DNA of 64,000 nt, from the NCBI GenBank assembly GCA_947624575.1, contig CANQKY010000001.1, forward strand, positions 4,964 through 68,963. The letters run 5' to 3'. Both the position numbers and the translations under genes were made by a program. The notes under the pieces are model-generated. The model was given only the letters and a program-made list of their open reading frames with translations. It ran no database searches and had not been told where the DNA came from. Positions 1 through 8,945 of this stretch are shown one piece after another. Position 1 is the stretch's first letter; each line of letters opens with the position of its first letter. Source of the DNA: an uncultured Clostridia bacterium. GTDB taxonomy: Bacteria; Bacillota; Clostridia; Oscillospirales; Ruminococcaceae.

Positions 1-43
1 CAACTGGATCGAAAGGGTCTGAAAGAAAGGTGGGCGAACCGCA

Positions 44-1483
44 GTGACAAGTCTTTTGTATCCAGAGGGTGAAAAATGCGGGGAAATCGGCGACAGCACC
101 TTTGCAGATTTGTCCCTGGACCGTTTTGTGCGCTGCTTTTGCCGAGATCTGACAAAGCAGGAGATATTTTTGGATATTCTGTCAAAACCGTTATTATCGC
201 AATATGCTGTCCGGTATCGGCAGGCTGTGCTTCGGGATTTTATGGCTCACCCGCAACTGGCAGCCGATTTATGCGGTCTGTTTGACCGGTTTACCGAGAT
301 CAGGCATACCTTCGAGGATTACCGCAAGGAAAATGTCCGCTTTTTCCGCCATTCTGAGACAAGCGGGAATGTACAAGGCGTATATAATCTTTTGAAGATG
401 GTCGCACTGACCCTCAAAAGAGAATTGCTGTTGGTGAAAGCCATTGCCGAAATGCTCTCCGGTTATGAGGTTCATTCGGACGGATTGACCGCACTCCTGT
501 CCGACTTACATACGATCTGTGCGCCCGACGAGTATGAGGAATTGCTGCAAATCTGCACCCACTTTGAAACAATCAGCGTGACCGAACCGTTTGAATTGCA
601 GATTCATATCGGGAAAAACGGGAAGCTGGAGGGGTGCAAAACGGCACGGTATTCCGCTTTTGCTTTGGAGCATAAAAAAGGACGCTTTGCAAAGAAGGAG
701 CAAGCCGCTTCTGCGACGTGGGTTCCCTTTCACGGTCAAACAGGTACGACCATGGACGCTTTGTTGACACTGCCCATAAAAGATTTGATATCCTTGCTGG
801 AAGATATCGCCGGGCAGATCTTTCGCTCTTTCCGCCATTATGCGGAAGAATGCCTGTTTTATCAGGCGGCATTGTCTTATTGCCGGTTTTGCGTCCAAAA
901 GGGCTGTTCACTGAACGATCCTGAATTTTCAACCGATCACAGTGAGCAATTTGTGGGTTTACGGGATTTGTTTTTGCTCGCACAAGCGCATCGGGCACAG
1001 GAGGTTGTCCCAAACGATGTTTTCCTGTCTTCCCAAGATAACGGTGTTGTGATCTTTGGGGAAAACGGCGGAGGAAAAACGGTTTATCTCCGCTCGGTCG
1101 GGTGCGCCCAAATTTTTGCACAGTCGGGGCTTCCCGTTCCTGCGGACTCGGCGAAAATCTGTTGTTTTTCATCGATTTTCACACAGTTTTCCGAAGAAGA
1201 AAACGGTGTGGATTATTCTGCCGGTCGTTTTGAACAGGAAGTGATGAAAATGGCGCATATACTTGATCGGGCAACAGAGAACAGCTTGCTGCTGTTCAAT
1301 GAACCCTTTCAAACGACCGATTACAAAGAAGGCGCGGAAGCCTTGAGCGATATTTTGCAATTTCTTTCGTCCGTAAAAGCAAACTGGGTCCTTGTGACAC
1401 ACATTCACCAAATCAAACCGCTGCTGCCGCATGAAACTGTTTTCATGCGTGTGGAGAGTAACTATCATATGAGATATGAATAA
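44..1483 (+). CDS. MutS-family ATPase paralog (ATPase domain V-like; no Smr or mismatch-binding domain recognised)
   Basis: 479-aa ORF. Walker A GENGGGKT and a downstream LLLFNEPFQTTD Walker-B-like segment are spaced as in MutS ATPase domains. Ends before a strong hairpin terminator. Confidence 0.55.
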   Translation: MTSLLYPEGEKCGEIGDSTFADLSLDRFVRCFCRDLTKQEIFLDILSKPLLSQYAVRYRQAVLRDFMAHPQLAADLCGLFDRFTEIRHTFEDYRKENVRFFRHSETSGNVQGVYNLLKMVALTLKRELLLVKAIAEMLSGYEVHSDGLTALLSDLHTICAPDEYEELLQICTHFETISVTEPFELQIHIGKNGKLEGCKTARYSAFALEHKKGRFAKKEQAASATWVPFHGQTGTTMDALLTLPIKDLISLLEDIAGQIFRSFRHYAEECLFYQAALSYCRFCVQKGCSLNDPEFSTDHSEQFVGLRDLFLLAQAHRAQEVVPNDVFLSSQDNGVVIFGENGGGKTVYLRSVGCAQIFAQSGLPVPADSAKICCFSSIFTQFSEEENGVDYSAGRFEQEVMKMAHILDRATENSLLLFNEPFQTTDYKEGAEALSDILQFLSSVKANWVLVTHIHQIKPLLPHETVFMRVESNYHMRYE

Positions 1484-1541
1484 GAAGCGGGATATAACTC
1501 GTTTTGAGCGACCCCCTGCTCCAATGGGGGAAAGTAAAAAT

Positions 1542-1569
1542 CGGCAAGGCATATGCCTTGCCGATTTTT
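1542..1569. terminator. Bidirectional intrinsic terminator between convergent genes
   Basis: Hairpin CGGCAAGGC-ATAT-GCCTTGCCG followed by ATTTTT. Lies between the + gene ending 1483 and the - gene ending 1607. Confidence 0.65.
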
Positions 1570-1606
1570 GGCGTCCGCCTAAAATCATCAAGACGGAGCT
1601 CGACTG

Positions 1607-2947
1607 TCATTCAATTTCTATTAAATTCTTTCGCGCATTGAAATCTTCAATCACACCAACAATCGCTTCGGATATATCCTCCGACACATAACTCATAACT
1701 TTACCCGATTCGATAGCTTTGGCAAATGCGACAATTTCATAGCGTATTCCCTCACCATCAAGCTGGTAGAAAAAGCGCTTATTATCGGCCGGATTTTCAT
1801 ACCGTACTTCAAAATAGTCTGTTTTCCACCAGGGTGCCGGGACATATATATAACTTTTTGTCCCTGCTATCACTAATTCTCCTTCGGCTTTGGCGCCTTT
1901 TGCGACCTTGATAGTAGCGATTCCGGAAGGATAAATAAAATCTATTTTTGTAAAGGCGTCCATATTTTCCGCCTTGTTTTGAAACTTTGTATAAAAAAGC
2001 TGTTCTTTGTATGTCGTTCCAAATATCTGGAAAACCGGCAGCATGGCGGCAGGCGCCCAGCCGCACATACTGTTCCACTTTTGTGAGAGGTCAGCTTCTT
2101 CTATAGCAATGCCGTCGCTAAGACTTGTGCAAACCGCATCAATAGAAACAACATTTCCGATTTTCCCGCTTTTGACCATCAAGATCAGTCTTGCATAGGC
2201 TGTTGAATATGCTGTTTTTATTGCATCCATAAGGATTAAGCCCTTATCTTTGGCATATTGAAAAAGTTCACTCACCTGCTTTCTTGTATAAGCAACAGGG
2301 GATTCGCAAAGGACATGTTTTCCTGCTGAAAGAGCCTTTTTGATGTCTTCGTAGTGCTTTTCCGGTTTGGATATAATATATACAGCATCTACTTGTTCCA
2401 ACAGTTCATCATAGTCATCTGTATAAAATAAATCTTTCACTTCCTGCTCATTGCTTGGAGAAGAAGCGCATACTCCCGTAACTTCGACACCGTTTACAAA
2501 TTTTGCCTCATTGATAAATTTGGTACGGAATGCTGCGGACCCGACAAGACCGATTTTCAGTTTTCGTTTTTCCGCTCTGACTTCTGAACTGGATATTCCT
2601 TTTGTCCTTGGAAGATATACCACCCTGCAAAATTCATTCAGGTAATCAAATCGTCCTTTCCAGTCCGAGCCGACCGTAAAAATATCCACATTCATTCTGC
2701 GGATATCGTCAATTTTTTGTCCCTCGTATTCCTCTATAATAATCTCGTCTGCAAGGCCGGTCGCCCGAACTGCCGCGATCCTTTCCATCAGGGACTGCTG
2801 ATTGTTGATTTTTCCCCTTGACTTGTCATAATCATCAGAGGTTATGCCAACGATCAAATAATCGCCCAACGCTTTAGCCCGCTCCAAAAGCCGTATATGT
2901 CCATAATGGAGCATATCATAAGTGCCGTATGTAATTACTTTAATCAT
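1607..2947 (-). CDS. Bifunctional TagD-like cytidylyltransferase / Gfo-Idh-MocA-type oxidoreductase
   Basis: N-terminus [34 protein letters not shown] closely resembles glycerol-3-phosphate cytidylyltransferase (HxGH motif = HYGH). The C-terminal two thirds start with the Rossmann-like [10 protein letters not shown] typical of Gfo/Idh/MocA. Start set at ATG 2947 (ATGA overlap with the upstream stop) instead of track start 2971. Confidence 0.7.
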   Translation of the reverse strand: MIKVITYGTYDMLHYGHIRLLERAKALGDYLIVGITSDDYDKSRGKINNQQSLMERIAAVRATGLADEIIIEEYEGQKIDDIRRMNVDIFTVGSDWKGRFDYLNEFCRVVYLPRTKGISSSEVRAEKRKLKIGLVGSAAFRTKFINEAKFVNGVEVTGVCASSPSNEQEVKDLFYTDDYDELLEQVDAVYIISKPEKHYEDIKKALSAGKHVLCESPVAYTRKQVSELFQYAKDKGLILMDAIKTAYSTAYARLILMVKSGKIGNVVSIDAVCTSLSDGIAIEEADLSQKWNSMCGWAPAAMLPVFQIFGTTYKEQLFYTKFQNKAENMDAFTKIDFIYPSGIATIKVAKGAKAEGELVIAGTKSYIYVPAPWWKTDYFEVRYENPADNKRFFYQLDGEGIRYEIVAFAKAIESGKVMSYVSEDISEAIVGVIEDFNARKNLIEIE

Positions 2948-4031
2948 TGTTAGCCCTCTGAAGCAGTCCACGCTTCTCCATATCTTTTAACGCATTTACC
3001 AGAGTGGTATTATCCTCATGCGTAAGATTTCCTATGTGACCAACCCGGAAAACCGAGTTTTTCATGTCTCCGCCGTTTGGGCAGATCCAGATACCATATT
3101 CATCTTTTAGTATTTCAAAGACTTTGTAGGCGTCCGCATGGATAGGACGCAAAGGCGTAACTCCGTTTGCGGGGGATTCCGAAATCAATTCAAACGGCAA
3201 GTCTTTTATTTTATTTCTGAAATCATTGGCTTGAGCCGCAACACGAGCCACTTCTTCGTCAGCACCGCCGTTTTTTTCTATTTCCAGAAGTCTTGCGTGT
3301 ATCTGTCTGAGAATTCCTACTGCCGGCGTGAACGGAGTCTGTCCTCTTTCCATATTTTTCAGAGAATCAGCCAAATTAAAATACATGGATTTCACCTTTG
3401 CCTGCTTTACCCGTTCTACCGCTCTTGGCGCAAGAACAATCACAGATATTCCGGGGGGACATGCCAATACTTTTTGTGACCCGGTTATCATAACGTCTGC
3501 GCCGCAATGTGCCATGTCGAATGGATCCGCCAGAAAGGAGGACACACAGTCACATACATAAAAGAGATGATTTTTTCTGCAAAACTCACCGATCATTTCA
3601 GCATCATACAGAACGCCGGTAGAGGTCTCATCAATATTCACAAGGAGCCCTGTGAATGATTTTGCATCATATTCATATAACCGTTCTTGTTTGAGCTTCT
3701 GTCCATGATTCAATGTGAGTGTCTCATGCGGAATATCATGAATTTCACATAATTCTGCAAAACGATGGCCAAAACTGCCTCCGTCAATCACAAGAACTTT
3801 ATCTGATTTTGTAAAGCAGTTCATAACCGTTGCTTCCATGGAACCGGTTGACGAATTAGTCATAAAAATCGCTTTGGAACCTTTCGGTGCTTTTGCATAT
3901 TTTAATATGAACTTCTCATTTTCCAACATGACAGCAGAAAATTCCGGAGTTCTGAAATAGGGAACCTGTTCCCCACCAACTGCTCGGACTTCTTCGCTGC
4001 ACATAACCGGGCCAATCGTAAAATTAAGCAT
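2940..4031 (-). CDS. Class V (serine-pyruvate / AEP-pyruvate type) aminotransferase
   Basis: 363 aa from ATG 4031 (AGGTGA RBS). The segment [13 protein letters not shown] carries the PLP-lysine context (SxK) of class V aminotransferases. Translationally coupled to the downstream cytidylyltransferase gene. Confidence 0.7.
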   Translation of the reverse strand: MLNFTIGPVMCSEEVRAVGGEQVPYFRTPEFSAVMLENEKFILKYAKAPKGSKAIFMTNSSTGSMEATVMNCFTKSDKVLVIDGGSFGHRFAELCEIHDIPHETLTLNHGQKLKQERLYEYDAKSFTGLLVNIDETSTGVLYDAEMIGEFCRKNHLFYVCDCVSSFLADPFDMAHCGADVMITGSQKVLACPPGISVIVLAPRAVERVKQAKVKSMYFNLADSLKNMERGQTPFTPAVGILRQIHARLLEIEKNGGADEEVARVAAQANDFRNKIKDLPFELISESPANGVTPLRPIHADAYKVFEILKDEYGIWICPNGGDMKNSVFRVGHIGNLTHEDNTTLVNALKDMEKRGLLQRANND

Positions 4032-4161
4032 TAAATCACCTATCAATAGATTTGTTCAACATTTCCGTTTTGTAAATACCAACCTGTAAAGCGGTCAAAT
4101 TCTGTATCATTTAAAAGGAAGGATTCACTGCCATAGTTTCACTGTCATAACCATATTTTGC

Positions 4162-5457
4162 TTAACGATGTAAGCTGCCGCATTCTTTCCGCGTCCTTAA
4201 CTTCTGTTTTATGTTCCATATAAAAACTTTCTGACGGTTTCCCCATACATATTTTTGAAAGAGCAACTTAATTGTAGGAGGATTTGCCCATTTTTTATTT
4301 ATAGTTTTGTAATCCATTTCGCTTTGAAGATCTTTCATAAATTCATCGCGATCCGGATTATTTGAAATTGGACGTCTCATTGGTCCTTGATATTTTAAGG
4401 CGTCTTCAAAAACAAGTTCATGTCCGTACATGCTTTTCTTTGCCATTTCGAAAACGCTTTTTCCCATCTCTGTATTACATATAACAAGAGATGCTCCGCC
4501 ATTGGCTCCGTATAGTTCAGGACAATATAAATGGACACCCCATAAGTCCCCAAGTGTAATATCTGCAACACGGTCAGGTTCTGCAAATTTGCAGTGATAA
4601 CAAGACGGACGACTCATGAGATGTTTCAGCCATACTGACCAAAATGGGTTGAACCAGCGGTCTTTTACAATCATTTTTTTATGGTTCATCAACTCTATCC
4701 TCATTTCTTGAAAATCCCATTTTCCCCCGGGGGGGGGTAGGAATCTTATGCGCATTTTTTCAAAATCCCATTTTCCACATGAAAAAATACTTTTTCCTGT
4801 ATAGCGGTAATCCAATGAAGAAATTTTTGCTCCATATTTTTTCTCCAATTCCTTGTCCAATTTTTGGATATACAAAGGACTTGGCACCCCTTCACAAACA
4901 ACCTCGACGGTCAGCAATTTATCCCGGTTTACGTGAGCTACTTTCAAAAAAGAAAGCAATCCTGCAATTTGGCAGGGCGTACCGGAAAAGAGAACCTTCT
5001 TTCCTTCGTTTAAGAATCTTTTTACATGGCGATAAGAAAGTCCTATAATGCTTTGCGAATATTTTGACTTTCTAAATTTCCCAATATCGCGTTTATTGGT
5101 AATATAGCTGTGAAAGACAAGCAGCCCTTTTGCTTCCGCGCCAAAGATGACATAGTTTTTATCGCAAAAAGCATCTACGATTGCGGAAAACGCTCCGCCC
5201 GATGTGCTTTCGAAACGCGTTTCAGGATTATTGTGGTATCCCCCGAAAACATATTTACCGTCTCTATGCTTCACCGGCGTATACTCATACGGGCATACTT
5301 TCCGGCACATTCCGCATTCAATACATCTTTCTTTATCAATTTGAGGATACCGAAAACCTTCTTTATCCTCTGCCATGACGATCGCATTACGGCTACAAAC
5401 CTGTACACACCCTTCGCAACCAAAGCATTCCAATTTATTTTTCGAGTTCAAAAACAT
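4162..5457 (-). CDS. FrhB-like (coenzyme F420 hydrogenase beta-type) Fe-S protein, usual partner of polysaccharide pyruvyl transferases
   Basis: N-terminal 2x 4Fe-4S ferredoxin motifs (CFGCEGCVQVC, CIECGMCRKVCP) followed by an FrhB-like body. Abuts the pyruvyl transferase gene (5457/5458). Confidence 0.65.
   Translation of the reverse strand: MFLNSKNKLECFGCEGCVQVCSRNAIVMAEDKEGFRYPQIDKERCIECGMCRKVCPYEYTPVKHRDGKYVFGGYHNNPETRFESTSGGAFSAIVDAFCDKNYVIFGAEAKGLLVFHSYITNKRDIGKFRKSKYSQSIIGLSYRHVKRFLNEGKKVLFSGTPCQIAGLLSFLKVAHVNRDKLLTVEVVCEGVPSPLYIQKLDKELEKKYGAKISSLDYRYTGKSIFSCGKWDFEKMRIRFLPPPGGKWDFQEMRIELMNHKKMIVKDRWFNPFWSVWLKHLMSRPSCYHCKFAEPDRVADITLGDLWGVHLYCPELYGANGGASLVICNTEMGKSVFEMAKKSMYGHELVFEDALKYQGPMRRPISNNPDRDEFMKDLQSEMDYKTINKKWANPPTIKLLFQKYVWGNRQKVFIWNIKQKLRTRKECGSLHR
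4724..4737. repeat. C5G9 homopolymer tract inside the FrhB-like CDS
   Basis: Plus strand cccccggggggggg (C 4724-4728, G 4729-4737) encodes LPPPGG on the minus strand. Flanked by a 15-nt direct repeat aaaatcccattttcc at 4711-4725 and 4762-4776 (51 nt apart). Confidence 0.95.
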
Positions 5458-6585
5458 TTATAGCAGCTCCAATTCCATTTGTAAAAAATCCAAAGATTTT
5501 TTCCGAGCGTCACTAATGATTGCATGGATTTTATCATAGTCTATTTCTCCATACTTCTCCTTGCCGGTGACCATCAGTCGATCGGTAATACCAAAGAGCG
5601 ATAGCAGCTCCCATATTTTATTATCACACTGTTCTCGTGAGAAAACCACAAACGGACGTCTAAACTGTACGCTGAAAATCATTCCATGATATGAATTTGT
5701 CACGACATATTCTGCATATTTTACAAGCGAGAGGAATTCTTCCACCCCTGCTTCATAGAGCATCTGATGACCTCGTTGCACATTGTCCGCTCGCAAACTG
5801 ATGTCTATCACCTTCCAACCGTTCTCCTTTGCCAGCTTGTCCGCATAATCCAGCATCTTTGGGTTGTATCGGCGTGCATACAGAAGCAGATATTTGTCCT
5901 GTACAATCCGCTCTTCGGCAATACGGTCGTAATCCTCTGAAGTCAAAAGCAGCGTTGGATCAAGAACTCTTTGCACGGGAACCGTTGTGTTTGCCTTTAC
6001 ATAAGGGATCATGAGATCTTCGCGCAATCCGATCGCCTTAAAATTTTTCAGCCGTTCATTCAACAGCTGATAAGCATCGTTCTCCCCCCCCCGTTCAAAT
6101 AAATGCGTGTCCCCGAAGCTCGCTGCGTATGCAACCGAAGCTCCTTTCATACACGGGTAGTTCGCATAATATCCATCATCAAACCCAAACTCTTCCGGGC
6201 AAAAAATTGTGTCACTGCCACACACGAATTTATAGATATTTTCATGACCGGAAATCGACTCAAAATTTTGAGAAGTATACTTCTCTTTTGTATTTACAAA
6301 CCGTTCGCAATAAAACCTGTTGAATTTATGATAGTTTTCCTTTATTGCGGGCATGGTCAGTTCCACCATTTTCTTGTTCTCGTCGTCTTGATCCCACATT
6401 TTTTCGAACGGATTAAGTGGGTCTGCGTCAAGCAGAACATCGGGGCAGTAGTTTACTAGGACCGGCACATATAAATCCGGATTAAAGTTTTTTATTGTGG
6501 TATATAACGCATAAGATTGCAACGCGGAACCGTAATTCGTAAAATTACAATAGCGATTATAGGATACAATACCCAGTTTTTTCAT
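5458..6585 (-). CDS. Polysaccharide pyruvyl transferase (CsaB/WcaK-like)
   Basis: N-terminus MKKLGIVSYNRYCNFTNYGSALQSYAL and C-terminal NSYHGMIFSVQFRRPF are typical of the family. Start moved to ATG 6585 (GGAGAAGG RBS). The track's 5' extension to 6732 runs through a tRNA fragment and is rejected. Confidence 0.7.
   Translation of the reverse strand: MKKLGIVSYNRYCNFTNYGSALQSYALYTTIKNFNPDLYVPVLVNYCPDVLLDADPLNPFEKMWDQDDENKKMVELTMPAIKENYHKFNRFYCERFVNTKEKYTSQNFESISGHENIYKFVCGSDTIFCPEEFGFDDGYYANYPCMKGASVAYAASFGDTHLFERGGENDAYQLLNERLKNFKAIGLREDLMIPYVKANTTVPVQRVLDPTLLLTSEDYDRIAEERIVQDKYLLLYARRYNPKMLDYADKLAKENGWKVIDISLRADNVQRGHQMLYEAGVEEFLSLVKYAEYVVTNSYHGMIFSVQFRRPFVVFSREQCDNKIWELLSLFGITDRLMVTGKEKYGEIDYDKIHAIISDARKKSLDFLQMELELL
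6084..6092. repeat. C9 (G9 on coding strand) homopolymer tract inside the pyruvyl transferase CDS
   Basis: Plus strand ccccccccc at 6084-6092. The minus strand reads GAA CGG GGG GGG GAG = ERGGE. Confidence 0.95.
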
Positions 6586-6706
6586 TTTTCCTTCTCCGTA
6601 AACAGCAATTTTCATTGAGCGCATTTCAAACGATTCGTTTGCCTGTGCGGCATGTAACATTGGATAGCCGCAAACCCGAAATCGGGCGGGTTTGCGGCAC
6701 TTTCTT

Positions 6707-6751
6707 TGGCGTCCGCGAGGTGACTCGAACACCCGACCTACCGCTTAGGAG
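6707..6751 (-). pseudogene. Orphan 3' half of a tRNA-Arg(CCU)-like gene (att-type remnant)
   Basis: Minus strand reads CTCCTAA-GCGGT-AGGTC-GGGTG-TTCGAGT-CACCT-CGCGGAC-G-CCA. That is anticodon loop, 3' anticodon stem, variable loop, T arm, 3' acceptor strand, discriminator and CCA. No matching 5' acceptor strand (GTCCGCG), D arm or adjacent 5' anticodon stem upstream. Confidence 0.7.
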
Positions 6752-6956
6752 TACAATTTAGTCAATATTTCTTTATACGGTTTGGTCTGTCACGACGCTC
6801 TAAACCCGCGGTATTACTGGATTTATTAACGAAGTCGTTATAAATTCATCGTTCCTGATTCTGCTGGTTTTTCCTGATATTTCGTACTCCAATTAGCAAG
6901 AAATTAGCACGCCGCAGGAAGCAAACGCCATACAGCGACGAACATTTTGTTCATAC

Positions 6957-6985
6957 ATTATAGCACATTTTTGTCTATCAGTCAA
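6957..6985 (-). promoter_or_regulatory. Near-consensus sigma-70-type promoter firing toward lower coordinates
   Basis: Minus strand TTGACT (6985-6980), 17-nt spacer, TGC-TATAAT (extended -10, TATAAT = 6962-6957). Confidence 0.6.
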
Positions 6986-6998
6986 TTACGCATAAGGT

Positions 6999-7026
6999 GA
7001 GCAGGCATTCATTTCAATGCCTGCTC
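6999..7026. promoter_or_regulatory. 11-bp-stem palindrome between divergent promoter and HTH gene (operator candidate)
   Basis: GAGCAGGCATT-CATTTC-AATGCCTGCTC, immediately upstream of the AGGAGG RBS of the 7054 gene. Confidence 0.4.
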
Positions 7027-7053
7027 GCTTTATCTTATTTAGGAGGTATCTAT

Positions 7054-8163
7054 ATGTCAGAATACAAATTAGAATTAAAGCAGATCGTAGACTATCCACG
7101 GTGTCGGATCTATCGACAGTTTATCCGACAGCTGATCGCAGACCGGAGCATTCGCACGAGCGGAGGCTCCGGTCTTTTTTACTTTACCGTTCTTTCGAGC
7201 TATGCGAACTTCCGCACCTCATATAAGCGAATCGACGGTATCGGTTATACGATCTATCCCGGCGAGTGGCTTTGTCGGGTGAGTGAACTCTGCGAATGGT
7301 TTCGTACACGGTTTCATCATCAGGCGTTGTCGATCTTAAAGGATTTGCAGGATCGGCACTTGATTACCTATGCCCTGCTTGGACGAGGCAAGCTGGTCAA
7401 ATACAAGATCAAAGACTGGAGTAAAAGCAACCGCGTGCTGGACTATAATGCTCCATGCCAAAAGGATACGGGCTTCTTCTTTCTGCCGGTATCCTTGGCA
7501 AATGAACTCATCAGTGCAGGGCGCTGCTCTGAGATGGACGCCGTTTTAGATCTGTGGATCAACACGGTCTATCACGATGAGCGGGTACAGGGCTCCGAGG
7601 CAGGACCGGTTGTTTATCTGCGCAACGGTACCGGCTGCCCATTGACAGGTTACGCAGAGCTTGCAGAACGCTGGGGTGTATCGAAAGCGACAGCAGGGAG
7701 ATATATTCGCAAGCTGAAAGAGATGGAGTATATCACGGTGATTTCCTTTGCCGGAACATATGGCAGCGCAATCTATCTGCAAAAGTACCTCTCGATGATG
7801 TTCCAGATATCAGATGTCTTAGTGGATAAGGACGAAGTGGCTATGGCACTGCATATCGAGGTTGATCCGTCGAAAGAAGCGGCAGAGGTACCGGAAAGCA
7901 GCGGTTCAAATATGCCGTGCAGCGGTTCAGATTCGCACATTGAGATCATTCTGCAAAAGGTCGGGAAGATCCTGTCGGCACAAGGCTTCCCGTGCGTTCA
8001 TTGCCCATGGATCGAATATAAGTTATTACCATTATTAGACGATTGCAGAGGAACCGTTTTATCCTGGAAAGATAGAGAGCAGAGGTTTTTGCTTGTCCTT
8101 CGGTGTAAAGACAAACAGGAGATCTTCCGCTTTGAGATCAACCGGAAGGAGGCGTCGGTATGA
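7054..8163 (+). CDS. HTH DNA-binding protein of conjugative-element type
   Basis: 369 aa from ATG 7054 (AGGAGG RBS). HTH-like segment GYAELAERWGVSKATAGRYIRKLKEMEYI. Paired with the sigma-like gene downstream, as I recall from the ends of Firmicute conjugative elements. Confidence 0.5.
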   Translation: MSEYKLELKQIVDYPRCRIYRQFIRQLIADRSIRTSGGSGLFYFTVLSSYANFRTSYKRIDGIGYTIYPGEWLCRVSELCEWFRTRFHHQALSILKDLQDRHLITYALLGRGKLVKYKIKDWSKSNRVLDYNAPCQKDTGFFFLPVSLANELISAGRCSEMDAVLDLWINTVYHDERVQGSEAGPVVYLRNGTGCPLTGYAELAERWGVSKATAGRYIRKLKEMEYITVISFAGTYGSAIYLQKYLSMMFQISDVLVDKDEVAMALHIEVDPSKEAAEVPESSGSNMPCSGSDSHIEIILQKVGKILSAQGFPCVHCPWIEYKLLPLLDDCRGTVLSWKDREQRFLLVLRCKDKQEIFRFEINRKEASV

Positions 8164-8693
8164 GAAAGACGGTACCAATGAACACAGAAGACAATCCGTT
8201 ATATCATGATACATGGATGTTGTTGCGGAAATACCGGGATGTGGTATGGAGCTTGGAACTGTCCGTACAGCAAGCCAGACGGAAGTTTCAGATCGAGTTC
8301 GGGAGCAGCATCGAGGACTTTTTGGAGTCAATTTATCTTGCCGGCGTAGATTTTGCCGATTCCGGCATTGAGGAACACGCTCGGAGTATAGAGCGCAGTT
8401 ATCAAATGCTGAGGCTGATGGAAAACGCGGTAAACCTGCTTCGTAATAAGCACAAATTCGGTGAAGCATATTACTGGATCCTCTATTACAGCTTTTTATC
8501 CCCGCAGCAGTACCGCAATGTCGATGAGATCATTGAGGAGCTTCGCCCTCATATTCGGGATATCAGCCGCCGTACCTACTACCGCAAACGCAAAGAAGCC
8601 ATAGAAGTGCTTTCTTCCGTTTTGTGGGGGTATTCATCGAGGGATAGTCTAAAGCTTTTGGAACATTTCTGCCCGGATAGTGAAACTGTTTGA
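8160..8693 (+). CDS. Sigma-70 region-4-like HTH regulator (Tn916 ORF7-like class)
   Basis: 177 aa with ATGA overlap with the upstream gene. C-terminal ISRRTYYRKRKEAIEVLSSVLWGY resembles sigma-factor-like HTH proteins of conjugative transposons. Confidence 0.4.
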   Translation: MRKTVPMNTEDNPLYHDTWMLLRKYRDVVWSLELSVQQARRKFQIEFGSSIEDFLESIYLAGVDFADSGIEEHARSIERSYQMLRLMENAVNLLRNKHKFGEAYYWILYYSFLSPQQYRNVDEIIEELRPHIRDISRRTYYRKRKEAIEVLSSVLWGYSSRDSLKLLEHFCPDSETV

Positions 8694-8711
8694 TATAAGT
8701 TAATAAGGAAG

Positions 8712-8742
8712 TCCCGGCCATTCTGTTATGGAATAGCCGGGA
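8712..8742 (+). terminator. Hairpin terminator after the sigma-like gene
   Basis: TCCCGGC...GCCGGGA stem with inner ATTC/GAAT pairs, followed by T-rich sequence. Confidence 0.45.
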
Positions 8743-8779
8743 TTATATTCTTCCTGCAGCGTGACTTCGTTTTGCGCCT

Positions 8780-8816
8780 ATCAATCGTACATTTTGGGAA
8801 GTGTAATCAATCGTAC
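8780..8816. repeat. Two 11-nt direct repeats ATCAATCGTAC, 26 nt apart
   Basis: 8780-8790 and 8806-8816, at the visible GC-rich to AT-rich transition. Confidence 0.9.
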
Positions 8817-8945
8817 TCTCTCGCCTGCTTTTTCTGAAAGAGATTTCGTGAATCCCAATTTGGAAAAGAAGAATAATACCGATCGCAAATGACACCCATA
8901 TGTACAATTTCTAAAACTATTCACGCACCAATGCTTTTTATCTCT

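Noticed and set aside
1568-1577. 10-nt match (TGGCGTCCGC) to the acceptor/CCA end of the tRNA fragment at 6707-6716. Together the two would flank the 5-kb envelope-gene islet as direct repeats.
   Set aside because: Only 10 nt are shared and identity stops immediately. A chance match of that length in 64 kb on both strands is not improbable.
5458-6732. Track ORF start at 6732 for the pyruvyl transferase (49 extra N-terminal residues).
   Set aside because: The extension runs through the tRNA fragment and hairpin and has no RBS. ATG 6585 has a GGAGAAGG RBS and matches the family N-terminus.
6760-6950. Possible tmRNA, or a full class II tRNA, between the outward promoter and the tRNA fragment.
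   Set aside because: No 5' acceptor strand complementary to CGCGGAC and no D arm. An ACCGT that could pair as the anticodon stem lies 26 nt away from the loop. No tmRNA-like tag reading frame or GGGG 5' end is present.
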